Of a DNA stretch of 64,000 nucleotides, positions 12,475 to 25,648 are shown in pieces. Position 1 is the stretch's first letter. Every line of letters begins with the position of its first letter. The stretch covers positions 1,798,001 to 1,862,000 of the forward strand of contig CDLV01000005.1 of assembly GCA_001244265.2 (NCBI GenBank), written 5' to 3'. Source of the DNA: Microbotryum violaceum (taxonomy: Eukaryota). Both the position numbers and the translations under genes were made by a program. The notes beneath the pieces were generated by a model, which saw only the letters and a program-made list of their open reading frames with translations, had not been told where the DNA came from and did not search any database.

Positions 12475-14362
12475 ATGATCGAACCTTCCCAAGCCTCTTC
12501 CCAGCTTTCCAGCACTGCGGGTGCTGATGCTATTACTGATCTGCACTATGCTACGAGCTCGGAAGCCTACGCCCAAGAAAGTGACAGGAAGGATGCAGGC
12601 GAGCAAAAGCTGGGTGTTCCAGCCTCGTCGTCGCCTGGACACACGGGGGATGACTCGAGCAAAGTCTCTACCCAAAGCCACGCTACTAAGATTCTCAGGA
12701 CTAGTCTCTTCTCTCGAGACCTGCGGCGCACTTGCGTTGCCTTTGCGATCGTGTTCATGGTCGGGTTCCACGTCGGCGCGACGGGGCTAAAGTGAGCATC
12801 GCCTTTACCCCTGTTCCGGTGCGCGACCTTGCGCTTCGCTCCGTCGCTGATCTCTCAGCCTCGGCGGACTTTGTCGGCTGGGACGCAGTCTTTCCCTCAT
12901 TCGAGAACACTACAATTTGGCCTACGAGCAAGTCTCAATTATGTTTGGACCCATGATTGTGGGGCAAGTTGTTTGTTTGCAGTTGTTGACAACTCCTATC
13001 ACTTGGGCTGCACTGAACCCCTGGTTTCTGGCCACGCTAGATTTCTCTTTGCATGCGGTGCTTGCCCTTACCTCATCCAATATGTTGGTCTTCAATGGGC
13101 ACTCGTCGTCTCATGCACGACGTGGTGTGTCGCGTGCCTCGTTCTCGTCGTGCAACCGCCTTTCCCTGTGCTCGTCCTCGCGTTTGCAACGCTCGCTGCT
13201 GGGGCGGGATTGTACGAAGCCCTACTCACCACCGTCATCAGTCACAACAAGGACCCTGGTACGTACTACAGAAGGCTTGGTGAACAGATTTTCTGGCGAC
13301 CTCGATCTGAATGACCCGTGTCGAATGCAGTCATCATGTCATGGCTCTACGCCAACTTTGCGGTCGGCGCCGCCTGTGCCCCCATCGTCGTCGGAAGTTT
13401 CGTGGCCCACGAGATCGGATGGAACAAGTTCTACATCGTACTTCTCAGCTTATCGCTCGGACTCGCGGTGTTTGCGCATCTCGTTTTTTGGGGATACGTC
13501 TCTCCGTCAGAGACCGTCGTCAAGGAGGAAGCGGACTTAGCCGCGATGACCGATACAGAGTCTCAGCGCCGTTCCGAAGCCGGGGGCACGCTGGACCCTG
13601 CTTCGGTTCTCAAGGTTGTGAACGATAATGCCAAGGGTGGTCACCTTCCTACTTCGACGACCGCACGCCTGAGCCGTTCACTCCGACTCAAGATCGTCTG
13701 GCTCGGCCTCGCGCTGCTGTGCCTCGCGTACGCGACGACGGACTTGCTCGCGGCGTGGATGTCGACTTATCTCCTGGCCGTCAAGCATGCGTCCAAGCCG
13801 GCGTCCAAGTACTTGCTCTCGGGTTACTGGGCGGGTCAGTGCCCCGTCACTCCCGTCCCTGTCTCTTCATTCTTTCCTCTCTCATGTCTGACATATCCTC
13901 GCGCTCACATGACTGCGATCATGCACAGGAGTCGCCTGCGGTAGGCTCCTGCTTCCTTGGGCGCTCTACCGACGTCTCGGGGAGCGCCTATTTGCGAGCG
14001 TACTACTCTTGATCGCTGCTTCGATGTTGATCATCATGTGGGTGGTCAAGTCATACGAGCTCGACGCCGTCGCCCTCGCCGTTTGCGGCTTCGTCATCGG
14101 TCCCATCAGCCCGCACGGTCTGTCGACGATCAGCTCTTGGGTCCCCGCTGCTCTGCGCCCTTCGGTCGTCGCCTTCACGTTAGCGTGCGCCGTGACGTGC
14201 GGTGGGATCGCGCCCCTCTTGTGCGGCTTTGTCGCCGGTAAGGGGTGGCTCTCAAGTCTACCTAGCTGCTTAATCGTCATGTGCGTGCTCGCGGCAGGGG
14301 CATGGCTCTTGGTGCCCAAGACGCACGAGGAGGTCTTGATCTCGGAGAAGACTGCAGTCTAG
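12475..14362 (+). CDS. MFS transporter copy 2 (FucP/Bsc6-like), 5 exons
   Basis: VAFAIVFMVGFHVGATGL, GAGLYEALL, IMSWLYANFAVGAACAPIVVG, LSGYWAG; intron positions match copy 1. Confidence 0.9.
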
Positions 14363-14445
14363 TTGCAACGGGCGCTCCAGGTCTTTTCGAGTCCCTATTT
14401 TCTCGTCGGTTGATAGCCCTCCTAATTGGAAAACAAAGGAAAGTT

Positions 14446-14517
14446 TGGCTGAACTGAGAATTGAACTCAGGTCCACTCTATTAATCAGAGTTGCTCTGAC
14501 CGCTGAGCTACTCAACC
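14446..14517 (-). tRNA. tRNA-like cloverleaf, mirror copy of 14697-14768; loop GATTAAT
   Basis: Exact reverse complement of the plus-strand cloverleaf in the right arm. Confidence 0.6.
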
Positions 14518-14696
14518 AGTAGGAATAGATGAATATGACGGTGCACCCAAGTCACACCGGCGGTGGTTCTACCACACATTGGGAGCAGTAGAAGTCAATG
14601 TGACCGTGCACCAGTCCGCCCGCCATGGCTCCCAATGTGTGGTAGAACCACCGCCGGTGTGACTTGGGTGCACCGTCATATTCATCTATTCCTACT

Positions 14697-14768
14697 GGTT
14701 GAGTAGCTCAGCGGTCAGAGCAACTCTGATTAATAGAGTGGACCTGAGTTCAATTCTCAGTTCAGCCA
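14697..14768 (+). tRNA. 72-nt tRNA-like cloverleaf, central loop triplet TTA, non-canonical G32/A33; pseudo-tRNA or Pol III promoter module
   Basis: GGTTGAG TA GCTC AGCGGTCA GAGC A ACTCT GATTAAT AGAGT GGAC CTGAG TTCAATT CTCAG TTCAGCC A. All four stems pair, A-box TAGCTCAGCGG and B-box AGTTCAATTC are present, and a T-rich tract follows. Confidence 0.65.
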
Positions 14769-15331
14769 AACTTTCCTTTGTTTTCCAATTCTCCTTTTAT
14801 ATGTAAATGCTCATTCTCGTATCTTTGTTAGAGCTGAAATATTGGACGACCATCTGCTTCAAGAAATCTAATTGAATTCATCCCTTGTCAAGCTTTTTCA
14901 CGGGCACCGTATCCGATTTGCTTTGTGGGACAATTGAAAGTGACAGAGCGAAGCCGACGGCCCAGTCAAATTGCCGAGATGTGCCTCGGATCTCGCTCCG
15001 ATGCAGCGGCCGGATCGGCAAGATGAACAAGCCGGCAAGGTGGGAGCAGTCTCACGGAGAGGAGAGGGTGCCGATGCCGCCAACCCGGGACCCGGCGAAC
15101 CGTGCAATCAGCCGCGGGTGGGCGCTTGCACATCAGTGAGATCGCACCACTGGCTTCGGCCGCGCTTGTCCGAAATGCGAAGCGGAAAAACGATTGATAG
15201 CTGGGGTATTTAGTGACAATTCTGATCGATCCGAGCAGGAAAATATTGATAGCTTCTATACCCTTTCCACAGCCCGCGGCTCTCTTTTGGGTTCCTGCCT
15301 CCCACCACTTCATCGCAACCCGCTGCCGAAA

Positions 15332-17201
15332 ATGCCGACGGGTCGATTTTCCAAAATGCGCCACGCCGTGATGTCATCCCCATCCTGTGCTTTGTCACGG
15401 GTTCCTACCACCTCTTTGGATTTCGTTTCCGAAACCGCCAATGACGTTGAACTCATTGAGGTGATGACCGATCGCGCACGTCCCGCTCCTGAAACGCGCG
15501 CGAGCACGATTTCAACCAAAGGATCCGAGCACTGTGAGCACCCGTCCACTGGATTGGGTGCGGCCAGAGCCAGCAGAATCTGGCACATGGCTCGCCGATG
15601 TGTTGCGTTTGCGATGGTGTTCATGGTCGGCATCCATATCTCGGCGACTGGGCTCAAGTGGGTGTTCCCGGCTCGAAAGCAGTGGTGCCCCGAGCTCCTA
15701 ACGATTTGGCGCCTGATCGCTGACCCCCGCCTCCGCGCGCGATTCTGGCTCCTCTTTGGCGGACGGACACTCTTACGCGCAGTATCTCGCTCATGCAAAC
15801 CCATTACAATCTTTCGTACACCCAAATCTCGACGGTCTTTCCTCCGATGATTGCAGCGTAAGCACTCGCACAAGTTTTGTACCGAGCCGTGCCTACATTT
15901 TCCGTCGAGTTGCGCGCTCATGGATGGTAACCACTACACCCTTCGTACATTCCTTCAGCCACGCGATCGCCTGTGGAAGCTGCTCTTACCTCTTGCATGG
16001 TATTGGTATGCGATGGGCGCTAACGCTCGCTTGCGTCGTGTGGTCGATCGGCTGCGCCATGCTTATCGCCGAACCGCCCTTTGCGTGGTGTGTGGTCGGC
16101 CTCGGGAGTCTCGGCGTCGGTGCGGGCACCTACAACAGCGTGCTGACGGCATTCACAAGTCACGAAGAGGACGCAGGTTGGTTTATACATCGGCTTTAGG
16201 GGGTCCAGGGCGCTGACCTATCTTCGAATCGTGGCAGTGCTCATGGGGTGGCTGTATGCAAGTTTTGCCTTCGGCGGTGCGATCGCCCCTCTCATTGTCG
16301 GGGGTTTCGTCGCCCACGGCATCGGGTGGAACAAGTTTTACATCCTCCTTCTGGCCTTTTCAAACCTTCTGGGTGGTATTTCCCTCGTCTTAGTGGGTGA
16401 ATGGGAAGTATCTCTGGACCAGAAGGCCGGTTCGGCACCTAGTACTACTAGACGACCCGAGGCCGAGAACGAGAGCGAGCATCTTCGACCTGCTCCCTCG
16501 GCGACGGCGAGGCTCTGCGAGGCCCTGCACCTCAAGATCGTTTGGATGGGTCTCTTCTTGATCGGTATCACCTACGGAAGTGCCGATGCGCTCGCGGCTT
16601 GGACTTCGAGCTACTTCCTGGACGTCAAGCATGCGCCCAAGTCGGCTTCCAAGTACCTCATGTCGGGTCTGTGGGGAGGTCAGTGATGACATCGCATTTG
16701 CCCGCGGCATGTTTATGATGCATGATGCCTAGTAACTGGCTTTGGCTCACCCCGAGACAAGATCACCTCGCGCCCACAGGGATGGCGGTGGGCCGACTCA
16801 CCCTGCCCTGGCTCTTCCGAGGTCGCGTTGGGGAGCGAACTGCCGCAATTGGCACCTTGACGGTCGCCATCGTAATGTTGACGGTCATATGGTTGGTCGA
16901 GTCGTTCAAGGTCGCGGCCGTCGCGCTCGCCTTTGCCGGCTTCTCCGCCGGACCCATGACCCCGCATGTGCTGTCGACGGTAACGTCCCGAGTGCCCGCT
17001 GCTCTCAAGGCTTCGGTCGTGTCCCTCATTCTCGGTACGGCCGTACTGAGCGGAGGTGGCGGCCCGCTTCTCTTTGGTATCATCGTCGAAAGAGGGTGGA
17101 TCTCGAGCCTTCCTCCCTGCTTGATCGTCGCCAGCGCCTTGGCCGCATGTTTCTGGGCCTTGCTTCCTCCGAGGTGCACCGCCACCCCTTCAGCTCAGTA
17201 G
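15332..17201 (+). CDS. MFS transporter copy 3 (FucP/Bsc6-like); start codon uncertain
   Basis: VAFAMVFMVGIHISATGL|NISLMQTHYNLSYTQISTVF, GAGTYNSVL, LMGWLYASFAFGGAIAPLIVG, MSGLWG|GMAVGRL. Confidence 0.88.
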
Positions 17202-17821
17202 ATTTTGATTTCTTCCATTTCCTTCATTCTCTTGTAGATCTTTCGAGTTCCAATTTCGAGTGGGAATTTTTAATAGTGACGTCGGTGGTTTTGATAGCGA
17301 TAAACATATTGCTTGATTGCGACGATGTGCGCGACCCGGTCCCTGGCTCCTTCAAGTGTTCATCGTCAACCGTATCGTCCGCTCGAGCCTGTTGCGATTG
17401 ATTGCCCGAGTGCGAGATGAGCCTAGCAGGCAAATTGTTGAACACGTCCGCTGGGGGCGTACTAGCGACACCATCACCGGTCGATCCTGTAAGATATTCC
17501 ATTCGGCACGAAAGATCGTGCTGAAAACCAAGCGTCTCTGGAGGCGCTGAAGAGCCAAAACTTGAAGCTGCGAACGGACGATCGACGGACGCTCTCTTCG
17601 CCGGCGCTCGCACGCACCGGCGGACTGCACCGCGCCGCACTCATCCGAGGCCAGCGATGGCACTCCGAGCAACTCATCTCGTATCGTTTCCTATTGTCTC
17701 TTTATTCTCCAGATACGAATCTCCACTCGCTAACTTTTTTCTTTCGGAAAGTTCGGATCACCTCCACGCTCCGACTAGCACATCGCACCGCGCTTCGTTT
17801 CTCACCTTTGGGGTTGCGACA

Positions 17822-19547
17822 ATGCAAAGCATTCGCAACAAGTTCTCCAATAGCACAACAGGGGTCTCCCCAGGTTTTAGTAGCGGAGTGATGAAGAAAC
17901 GAGGACAAGTATGCGTGTCTTTTGCGATGATGTTCATGCTAGGCTTCAACATCGCTGCGACCGGTGCCAAGTGAGTCCTGGTAGGCTCGGTTCGGTTCGA
18001 GCCGAGCTGACGCGCGCGCCATGTATTTTCCGAGCCAATAGTGTTCCCTCCATCAGCGCGAGTTTCCACGTGGCGTACAGTGTCATCTCACTATTTTTCT
18101 TGTCCTACGTGACTGGGTAAGTCTGGAGCACTCTCATGAGCGAAAAGAAACGCACCTCTGACCACAATCACTCTCGCGCGGCCTCCCATGCAGATTTATC
18201 ACCACTTGCATCGCGTCCTCTTACGTCGCCCGCGAATTTGGGGTCCGCGCCACCCTGGCTGGTGCCAACATCCTGTGGATATTCGGATGCCTCATCTTCC
18301 TGCTTCAAACCTCGTTCGGCGCCTGTGTGCTCGCCTTAACTTGCCTCGGTCTCGGAAGTGGCTTGTTCGAGCCGACGATCGTGACCGTGGTTACGCAGCA
18401 AAGCACTCCAGGTCGGTCTCTGCATTCGAGCCTAGTTCATGTGATTTGAGAATAAGGAGTTAATCCAACAGTACGGGTCTTATGGGGGACTTGCAGTGGT
18501 TCTGTTTTTCCTGTACAGCAGCTTCGCCATCGGTGCCGGAATTTCCCCGCTCATCATCGGAGGCTTTGCCGAGCGCTCGATCCCCTGGACAAATTTTTAT
18601 TACTTTCCCGTCACGATCTACCTAGTGCTTGCAGGGCTCTGCCACATCGTCTTTCAAGGCTACGAGGAGACGTTGAGTCACGACCAGGCACCGTCGGCGC
18701 ACGGAATGGCGACCTTTTCTTCCACATACCCCGGCGATTCCACGACCAAGTTCGGGCGGCGTGCCTCGTTCGGATCGTCGGTCATGTCTGCGCCGAGCCG
18801 GTTCGCGGGGCTCGAGATAGACCGCAACTGCGTTGCAGGGGGACACAAATCAGATGTCTCGGCAATGGACCGTGTCGGTCGAGTGCTACGCCTTCGCGTT
18901 ACGTGGATCGGCTTCTTTCTCGTCAACCTGTCGCTCGCGACGGGCGAGCTCCTCGGCGGGTGGGGCACGACCTACTTTCTCGTTTTCAAGGAGGCTCCTC
19001 CAGGCGATTCCAGATTCATCCAAAGCGGATGGTGGTTTGGTGAGTGACTCGCCCAACCTTGGGGAGGTAGAGTACCGAGGCTGACATTGAGTCAGCACCC
19101 AACCTTTTCTGTGGCACAGGCATGGCTTTGGGTCGCTTAGTCCTACCTATTCTTTCACCTCGAGTTTTGGGGGAGCGCCTCTTCGCGATCGTCCTGCTCG
19201 CCTTTGCCTCGTGCATGATCACTGTCATCGGCGCCGTGCATTCGTACAAGAGCGATGCCGCTGCTCTCGCCTTCTACGGCTTTGCGTACGGCCCCATCGT
19301 TCCTCACATCCTCTCAATGGTCAGCTCTCGGGTGTCCACGGACTTGACGGGCACCGTGATCTCCCTCACTCTCGGTGTGGGGGTGCTGGGTGGCGCGGCC
19401 GCCCCGATCCTCTTTGGTGCTATCGCGGCCGATCATGGGATGTTGAGCATGCTCCCCACTTGCTTGATTGCGGGCACGTTGCTCGGCATTTTCGGGTGGC
19501 TCTTGGTTCCGGATCACGACGACGAGCTTAAATCGACCTTTCACTAG
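17822..19547 (+). CDS. MFS transporter copy 4 (FucP/Bsc6-like)
   Basis: VSFAMMFMLGFNIAATGA|NVPSISASFHVAYSVISLFFL, GSGLFEPTIV, LYSSFAIGAGISPLIIG, QSGWWF|GMALGRL. Confidence 0.9.
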
Positions 19548-20300
19548 ACTCGCTTCGGTTTCTGCATAAAATATTTGTTGTAATAGAGCCTCATAGAATA
19601 CATTACCGGTGCCAAACGCCGACCGCTTCTTCAAAAATGTGTGTTAAGGCACCCTGGTTGCCGAAAGTACAATAAAAGTGAAAGCATCTCCACACGGGAT
19701 GCATGCGCCGAATCCTCTTTCGACAAAATGCACGATTGGGTGAGTTCGATCCACAGGAGATTACGCCTCTGACTCCATGCCGTTATTTTGTAAAGCCTTT
19801 TTAGGCCATGGAATGACCTTAGACTGCCTCAGGGACATGAGCGGCCAGTGGCCAATCCAGCGCCGGGCGACGCTGACGCGGCGATCCCTTACATTTGTCA
19901 ACGGCAGGGGCAGTCGATCAGTCGGTCGTCGGGACGGACGTGACAGGCAGCTATCAATCGTCCTAGCACGTGGGAACGCCCGACGGACCACGATCGACCG
20001 CTACTCTCAGAGGGCGACACATTCCCTGGGCGGTGTCACCGACCGTTACCACGGCTCAGTGTTCGAGCTAGTGGTTCGCTGCCAGCGCGCCGTCCGTCCG
20101 AGTCGACCCCTGAACTTGTCGGGGACTCGGGTCTGGAGACAGGTCAATCTTCGATCACCCATCGTATTGTGGATGTACTTCGATCACCCGTCTACATTCC
20201 TTTTCTTTCTCTCTTTCCCTTGTCCATACGTTCGTCGGAGTAACTTCCTGCTCTATCCTCTATCCACCGGTCTTGCAGCTCTACCACGGTTACCATCGCC

Positions 20301-22073
20301 ATGCAAACAATTCGCGAAAAACTCGCCAACGGTCTCGAGCCCATTCGGCCGAGCCGACGCCGTTCGAACATGGAAATCGCGCGCATTTGCCTCTCCTACG
20401 GTATGAATTTCATGTTTGGTATCAGCGCCGCAGCAATCGGATCCAAGTCAGTCGGTGCGCATGCTTACGATGTTAAGCAAAAGTACCAAAACTCAGCACG
20501 CACCCTATTGCCTCTTTCGCTACAGCATCCCATCCATCAGCGCGCAGTACCACGTTTCGTTCGCGCTCCTGTCAACCGTCTTTTTAACCAACCGAGTCGG
20601 GTCAGTCCGATCGAAACCCCTCTCCTCTCTACCTACTCACACCGAAAGGACGACGCACGATTAATCGTTCGCTTGAAACGTACCCGCAATGCAGATTTTT
20701 CCTGGCCTGCGTCCTATCGTCGTACCTAATGCACAACTTTAGCGTGCGCGCGACGCTCATGTGTGGCAATGCGTTCTGGGTCATGAGCTGCCTCATCCTG
20801 CTCCTCCAACCTTCGTTTGCTCTCGTCGTGCTCGCGTTCACGGGCATGGGCGCTGGCACTGGCCTCACCGAACCGGCGATCGTCACCGTCATCACTCGCG
20901 AACAGAGTCCCGGTGAGTTTCAAGAGACCTTCCGTGCGAAAGCCAAAGAACCACTCGTTTACCCCTGACCACCACCCTGCTCCAATGATCACACCCAGTC
21001 CTCACCTCGTGCCTCTATAGCTCTTTCGCCTTTGGTGCCATTTTTTCCCCCCTCATCAACGGTTCCTTTGCCGATCGCAATATCCTCTGGACCAACTTTT
21101 TCTACATACCCCTCGGGCTCTGTGTGCTCCTTTCGATCGCAAACGTTTTCATCTTCCGCACCTACGAAGCCGATCTCTTGAAAGCCGAGCAAGAGGAACT
21201 GCGCCGCCGCACCGTCGTCAATTTTGCGATTCGGTACCCCACGCGTCCAGAAACCGAGGGACAAGATCGACGCAAGTCATTGTTCCTCTCTACCTCGGTG
21301 GTAAAGAACACCCATCCCGAAGCCCGAGAAGACGGCTTGACAAGTGAAGCAACACATTCGTCCTCCACATCGTCCAAGCCCAATGCGACGGCGCTGTTGC
21401 TGCGCGTGTTGCGCCACAAGGTGACCTGGATCGGGTTTGCGCTCATCGTCTTGACCATGTCCGAAGGGGAGACGTTGGGAGGGTGGTCGACGACGTACTT
21501 TCTCCAGGTCAAGCATGCGCCGGCGGGGATGTCAAGGTACATCTCTTCGGGAAAATGGACAGGTGAGTCGTCCTGGTTCGGTATCTCAGACTTTTTCCGA
21601 CCCAAGCTAATCTCAGCCTGTTTCTGACCACAGGCAACGCGATCGGCCGCATCCTCTTGCCAATTATCTTCCTTCGCCTCCTCGGTGAAAAGACCTTCGC
21701 GATCGTGATCCTCCTGATCGCCTGCGGCATGCAACTCATTGTCGCGCTCCTCCCTTCTTGGAAAGCCAGTGCTATTGCTTCGGCCTTTTTCGGTTTTGTT
21801 ATTGGACCCATCACGCCTCACGTCCTCTCGATGGTCGGCTCCCGCGTTCCGAGTGATTTGATGGCTCCGGCCATGTCGTTGATGCTGGCCAATGGAGTCG
21901 TGGGTGGTGCATTCGGACCCATGTTGTTTGGTATTGTGGGCGCGTCCAAAGGGCATTTGAACGCTTTGCCGTTCGTGGCGATTGGGTTGTTGGGCCTTAG
22001 TGCTCTAGGGTGGTTGCTTGTCCCTAGAAAGAAGGAGGAAGGCGTCATGGCAGTCGGGGGGGACTTTCAGTAG
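20301..22073 (+). CDS. MFS transporter copy 5 (FucP/Bsc6-like)
   Basis: LSYGMNFMFGISAAAIGS|IPSISAQYHVSFALLSTVFL, GTGLTEPAIV, LYSSFAFGAIFSPLING, SSGKWT|GNAIGRIL. Confidence 0.9.
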
Positions 22074-22199
22074 GCAGGACGGGGGGTAGTTGAAGAGGTC
22101 GCGTTTATTTATGTCTTTTCAGGTGTCTGTCTCACCCGCTGCAATTCCGTATCTCATTATTGTGTCATTCCTTTTCGAGAACCCTCCTAGGGATCAGAA

Positions 22200-24896
22200 T
22201 TACAACACCCCATCCAACAACCTCACACTATCTACGACCTGCCACAGCTGTTCCTGGTGCTTCTTACCCGGGCCACCGGCGGCACCCGCAGGACCCATCG
22301 ACGATCCCACACCACCCGCTTGAAGTCCACCAAGTTTGGTCAAAACGCTCGACCCAGGAAGACGGGAAGCATGCGTCCCTGCAGAAGGTTCATCATCGTC
22401 GGATCCACCATCGGTCGAGGTGTTGTTCCCACCGTTTGCACCTCCGCGTTGCATAGCCGAAGGCGAACCGACCATCTGTTGCTCCGCGAACGACCCACCT
22501 TCTAACCCTGACGACGAAGGCGACTCGATCGACAGTTCGGGGAAGAGTTGATGCCGAAGGGCCAAGCTCTTGGGTGAGATTTGGGCGGCGCCTCCTCCCC
22601 CGCCTGCATTGTTCGCTGTGTTGGTGATCGTGATCGAGGTCGATATCGCCGAGGATTTGTTCGTCGGTCCACCCCCCGTCGTCGGTGTACCGACCATCGA
22701 GCTTCCCCTCGATCCATTCAAAGGATTGTCCCCATTCGTTGCCAAAGTCGCTTGCCCTGGGATCGAGGCCGATGATCGAGCATGCGCGACGTCAGGGTGA
22801 CCTTGAGGGATCGCGACGGCCGAGGGGTCAATGAGGTATTGGTCACGAGGTCCTCCGCCTGGGGTGAGAGCGTTCGTAGAGAAGGAGTTGGAGCGACTGG
22901 GTCGGTGCGAGCGCGAGCGCGAGATGGTCGAGGGCCGACGCGAGGTGGAGCCGGATCGAGAGAGGGGGTGTTTGGAACGAGAGAGGGAGGACGTTCCGGT
23001 CAGTGTGGTCGACGAGGAAGACGATGTCGATCGCACCGGGGCGAGTTTCGAATGCGATTTGCCTCCCAGTCGAGGCCGTTCGGGGAACTTGGGCATCGTC
23101 GGCGGCGGGGCGGTGATGGCTTCGGGCTCATCAACGACCATGGCCTCGTCATCGGCTTCGATCGCCGCGTCCTCTGCATCGTCTTCGTCGTCGCCCTCGG
23201 TCATATCCGAATCGTCTGAATCAGGAGGCAAAGCGTAGGATCTCTCGACCGCACCTAATCGAGGTACGACCAAGACCGACGGGTTGATGTCGAACAAGCC
23301 GAGGAAATCGTCGGTCGTCAATGGCCGTTGCTCTTCATCGTCGTCCTCCTCGTCGACGTGAACGTGTTCGAGCGGAGGATTAAGTAATCGCACCGCTTTC
23401 ACTGGATCGAACGATTGCTCCGCCTTGACGTCCCCTTCCCCTGCTGGCGGATCGTCCTCTCGTACCTCCCTCCGCACTGGCCTTGCAGCGTCGAAAATGG
23501 CCAACTGTTCCTTCGTGATGGACGACGTCCGTATCCCTCTATCCCGATCGGACCGTACTAATCCCACGACGTGGGCGATGATATTTTTCAAATGGGTCTG
23601 AAGCGGATCACACAGCCCCTCAAGAATCAGTCAGGATTACCCCTCTCTCACCTCGAGCTCCGTTATCCAAACTCACCTCGACGGCCTGAACGCCCAACAA
23701 CCCGACCCTCTCGTCGACAACCCCACCTCCGACCAAGCCCGATTCGAAAACGATCAGCGTCATCCGATCCCGCAACCCATCGACGTCGGGCAACAGCTTG
23801 GAAGTCGAACAGAGCAGCGAGTCTTTGGCCGACGACGAGGCGATGATGCGTTGGTATTCTTGCGTGAGGGCTGAGATGGGTCAAGCACGGCCAACATCAG
23901 TTCTCGTAGCTGCGCTTGCCCACGATGCCAATCAAACTCACCAGGATCGGTCTTGCCGCCCGTTCCACCGCCAATCGCGTCGACTTCCCCCCTCCCCTTG
24001 CCTGATTCCAACGCCGCGGCGAGCGTGCTCAGCCGGACCAACTCCTTGTCCCTCTTGCGCTCCCTCTCCCTCTCCAATTCCCTCTTGGCCAAAGCACTCG
24101 GCACGACCCCACCCGCTTCCTTGATGGCCTGCAACTGCGCTTGGTCCTGTTGTTGCAGCAGAGCGGCGGCACTCGTCGTCGAGGCCGCGGTGGCCGTCAC
24201 GCCGGTCTGAGTAGGCACGAGAGCCTTGATCTCCCTCCTTTCGCGCTTCCCCAGGGACATGACGAGCGTCTTGAGTTTCTTGCGTAGAGGATCGACCTCG
24301 GAGGCGGAGCCGTTGTTGGGAGGGTCGTTGGGTGCGCTTAGTCTTCGTTTGACCTGGAAGCCGGAATGGCGCAGCGTCGACGGAGGGACGGCGATGCGCG
24401 TCGTGTTGTACAGGATCGACAGGAGCAAAGCGTTGTGGAGTTGGACTATACACGGGGCATTTGAAAACACGTTCAGTTCCTGTTGCTTCGTGTACGTGCG
24501 ACCGATGCCAAGGCGCTACTCACGTGCCGTGTCCTGCTCGCCTTGTTTACCCTTGCCCAACACCCTCTCAAACACGCCCTGCAACTCATCGCGGTTGATC
24601 TGACCGGTCATGAACTCGACCAACGAGGTCCAATACAGCTGACCGAGGTGGGGAGGGAGGAGGTCCGCAAGTTTGAGCTTCAAGGACAGCAGATCGGCGC
24701 GCTTGGGTACGGTCGGTGGTGGCAGAGTCGACGTTGATGTTGATGTTGAGGTTGATGTCGACGCGGTGGGGTGGGTCACGGATCGGAGCAGTGCGGGGAG
24801 GGTGGTAGGAGGAGGACATGTTGTTGAGGCAGTTGCGGCGGTCGTTGTCGGGGTAGGTATTGAAGAAGTGGACGGGGTCGGGTCGACGAGCATCAT
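22200..24896 (-). CDS. ADA1: SAGA complex subunit Ada1/Hfi1 (SAGA-Tad1 domain), multi-exon
   Basis: RADLLSLKLKLADLL..YWTSLVEFMTGQINRDEL..QLHNALLLSILYN is the Tad1 N-terminal signature; histone-fold-like region with HLKNIIAHVV; long low-complexity C-terminus. Confidence 0.8.
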
Positions 24897-25648
24897 CACG
24901 GGCGAGCCCGGAGTCGGTGGGTGGAGCAGAGACAAGAGGCGATCGCCGTGTGAGCCGCGCAGATCTAAAATACCGCGTTCCTAATTGCCATTTACAAGCG
25001 CGCGCTTTACACCAATTCTCGATGTCACTTTCGCGGGGGCTGGCCGGCGTCGGGTCGCAAAAAGAGAGCTCTTGCCATCGGCACTGGTCACAGAAGTATG
25101 TGGACGCAAACATCACCGGCTATTCCTTGCCTTGATAACCGTTTTCACTCCTTTGGAACGCGGAAAGTATCCTGACGACCAGCGCGCGCCGACTCATCGA
25201 CTCGGGATGTGGGGCCCGACTTTTAATCAGCCCAGCCAGGCTACGTCTGCCAGTAGTGTGACTAGCTGTCCAGAGTCAGCTCTGCCGACAGGACGATGAT
25301 ACAGCCAATCGGACAGGGAAAGAAGATCCGACTATGCTGGGTATATTCAGTGGCTCGTCACCTGGGATATTTCTGAAGTCCATCAATTTCAGAACTGCAT
25401 TCCTCAAGGTGAATTCGAACAAGCAAAGACGCAAGCAAGAAGAAAAGAAAACCTTGCGTGCAAGTAAAGTAATCGACTCACACGCTTCCATCCGAGAACG
25501 GCTCCGGATTTGGTCCGGGCAGCCTTCGCGCGACAGAAACCTTCCGTTAGATCAGATCGGCCAGAGTCCGCTCGCACCTCGCACCTCACCTCTTCCCCTC
25601 CCTCCTCCTCCTCGTGAGCGCTCTACCACTCCACCCCCTACCGCCACC

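Larger units (their letters stand above)
14424..14790. mobile_element. 367-bp foldback/MITE-like element: perfect 163-bp inverted arms around a 41-bp spacer
   Basis: 14424-14586 is the exact reverse complement of 14628-14790. Flanked by direct repeat CTCCT (14419-14423 and 14791-14795); alternatively an AATT 4-bp TSD with GGAAAAC..GTTTTCC termini. Confidence 0.88.

Noticed and set aside
14697-14768. Functional ochre suppressor tRNA linked to neighbouring Bsc6 (bypass of stop codon)-like genes
   Set aside because: The anticodon loop lacks U33, and the link to the gene family name is coincidental; nothing in the sequence supports it.
21162-21956. Long antisense or alternative-frame ORFs (also 15310-15921, 33426-34229, 35780-36553)
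   Set aside because: Shadows of GC-rich coding sequence with no recognisable motifs.
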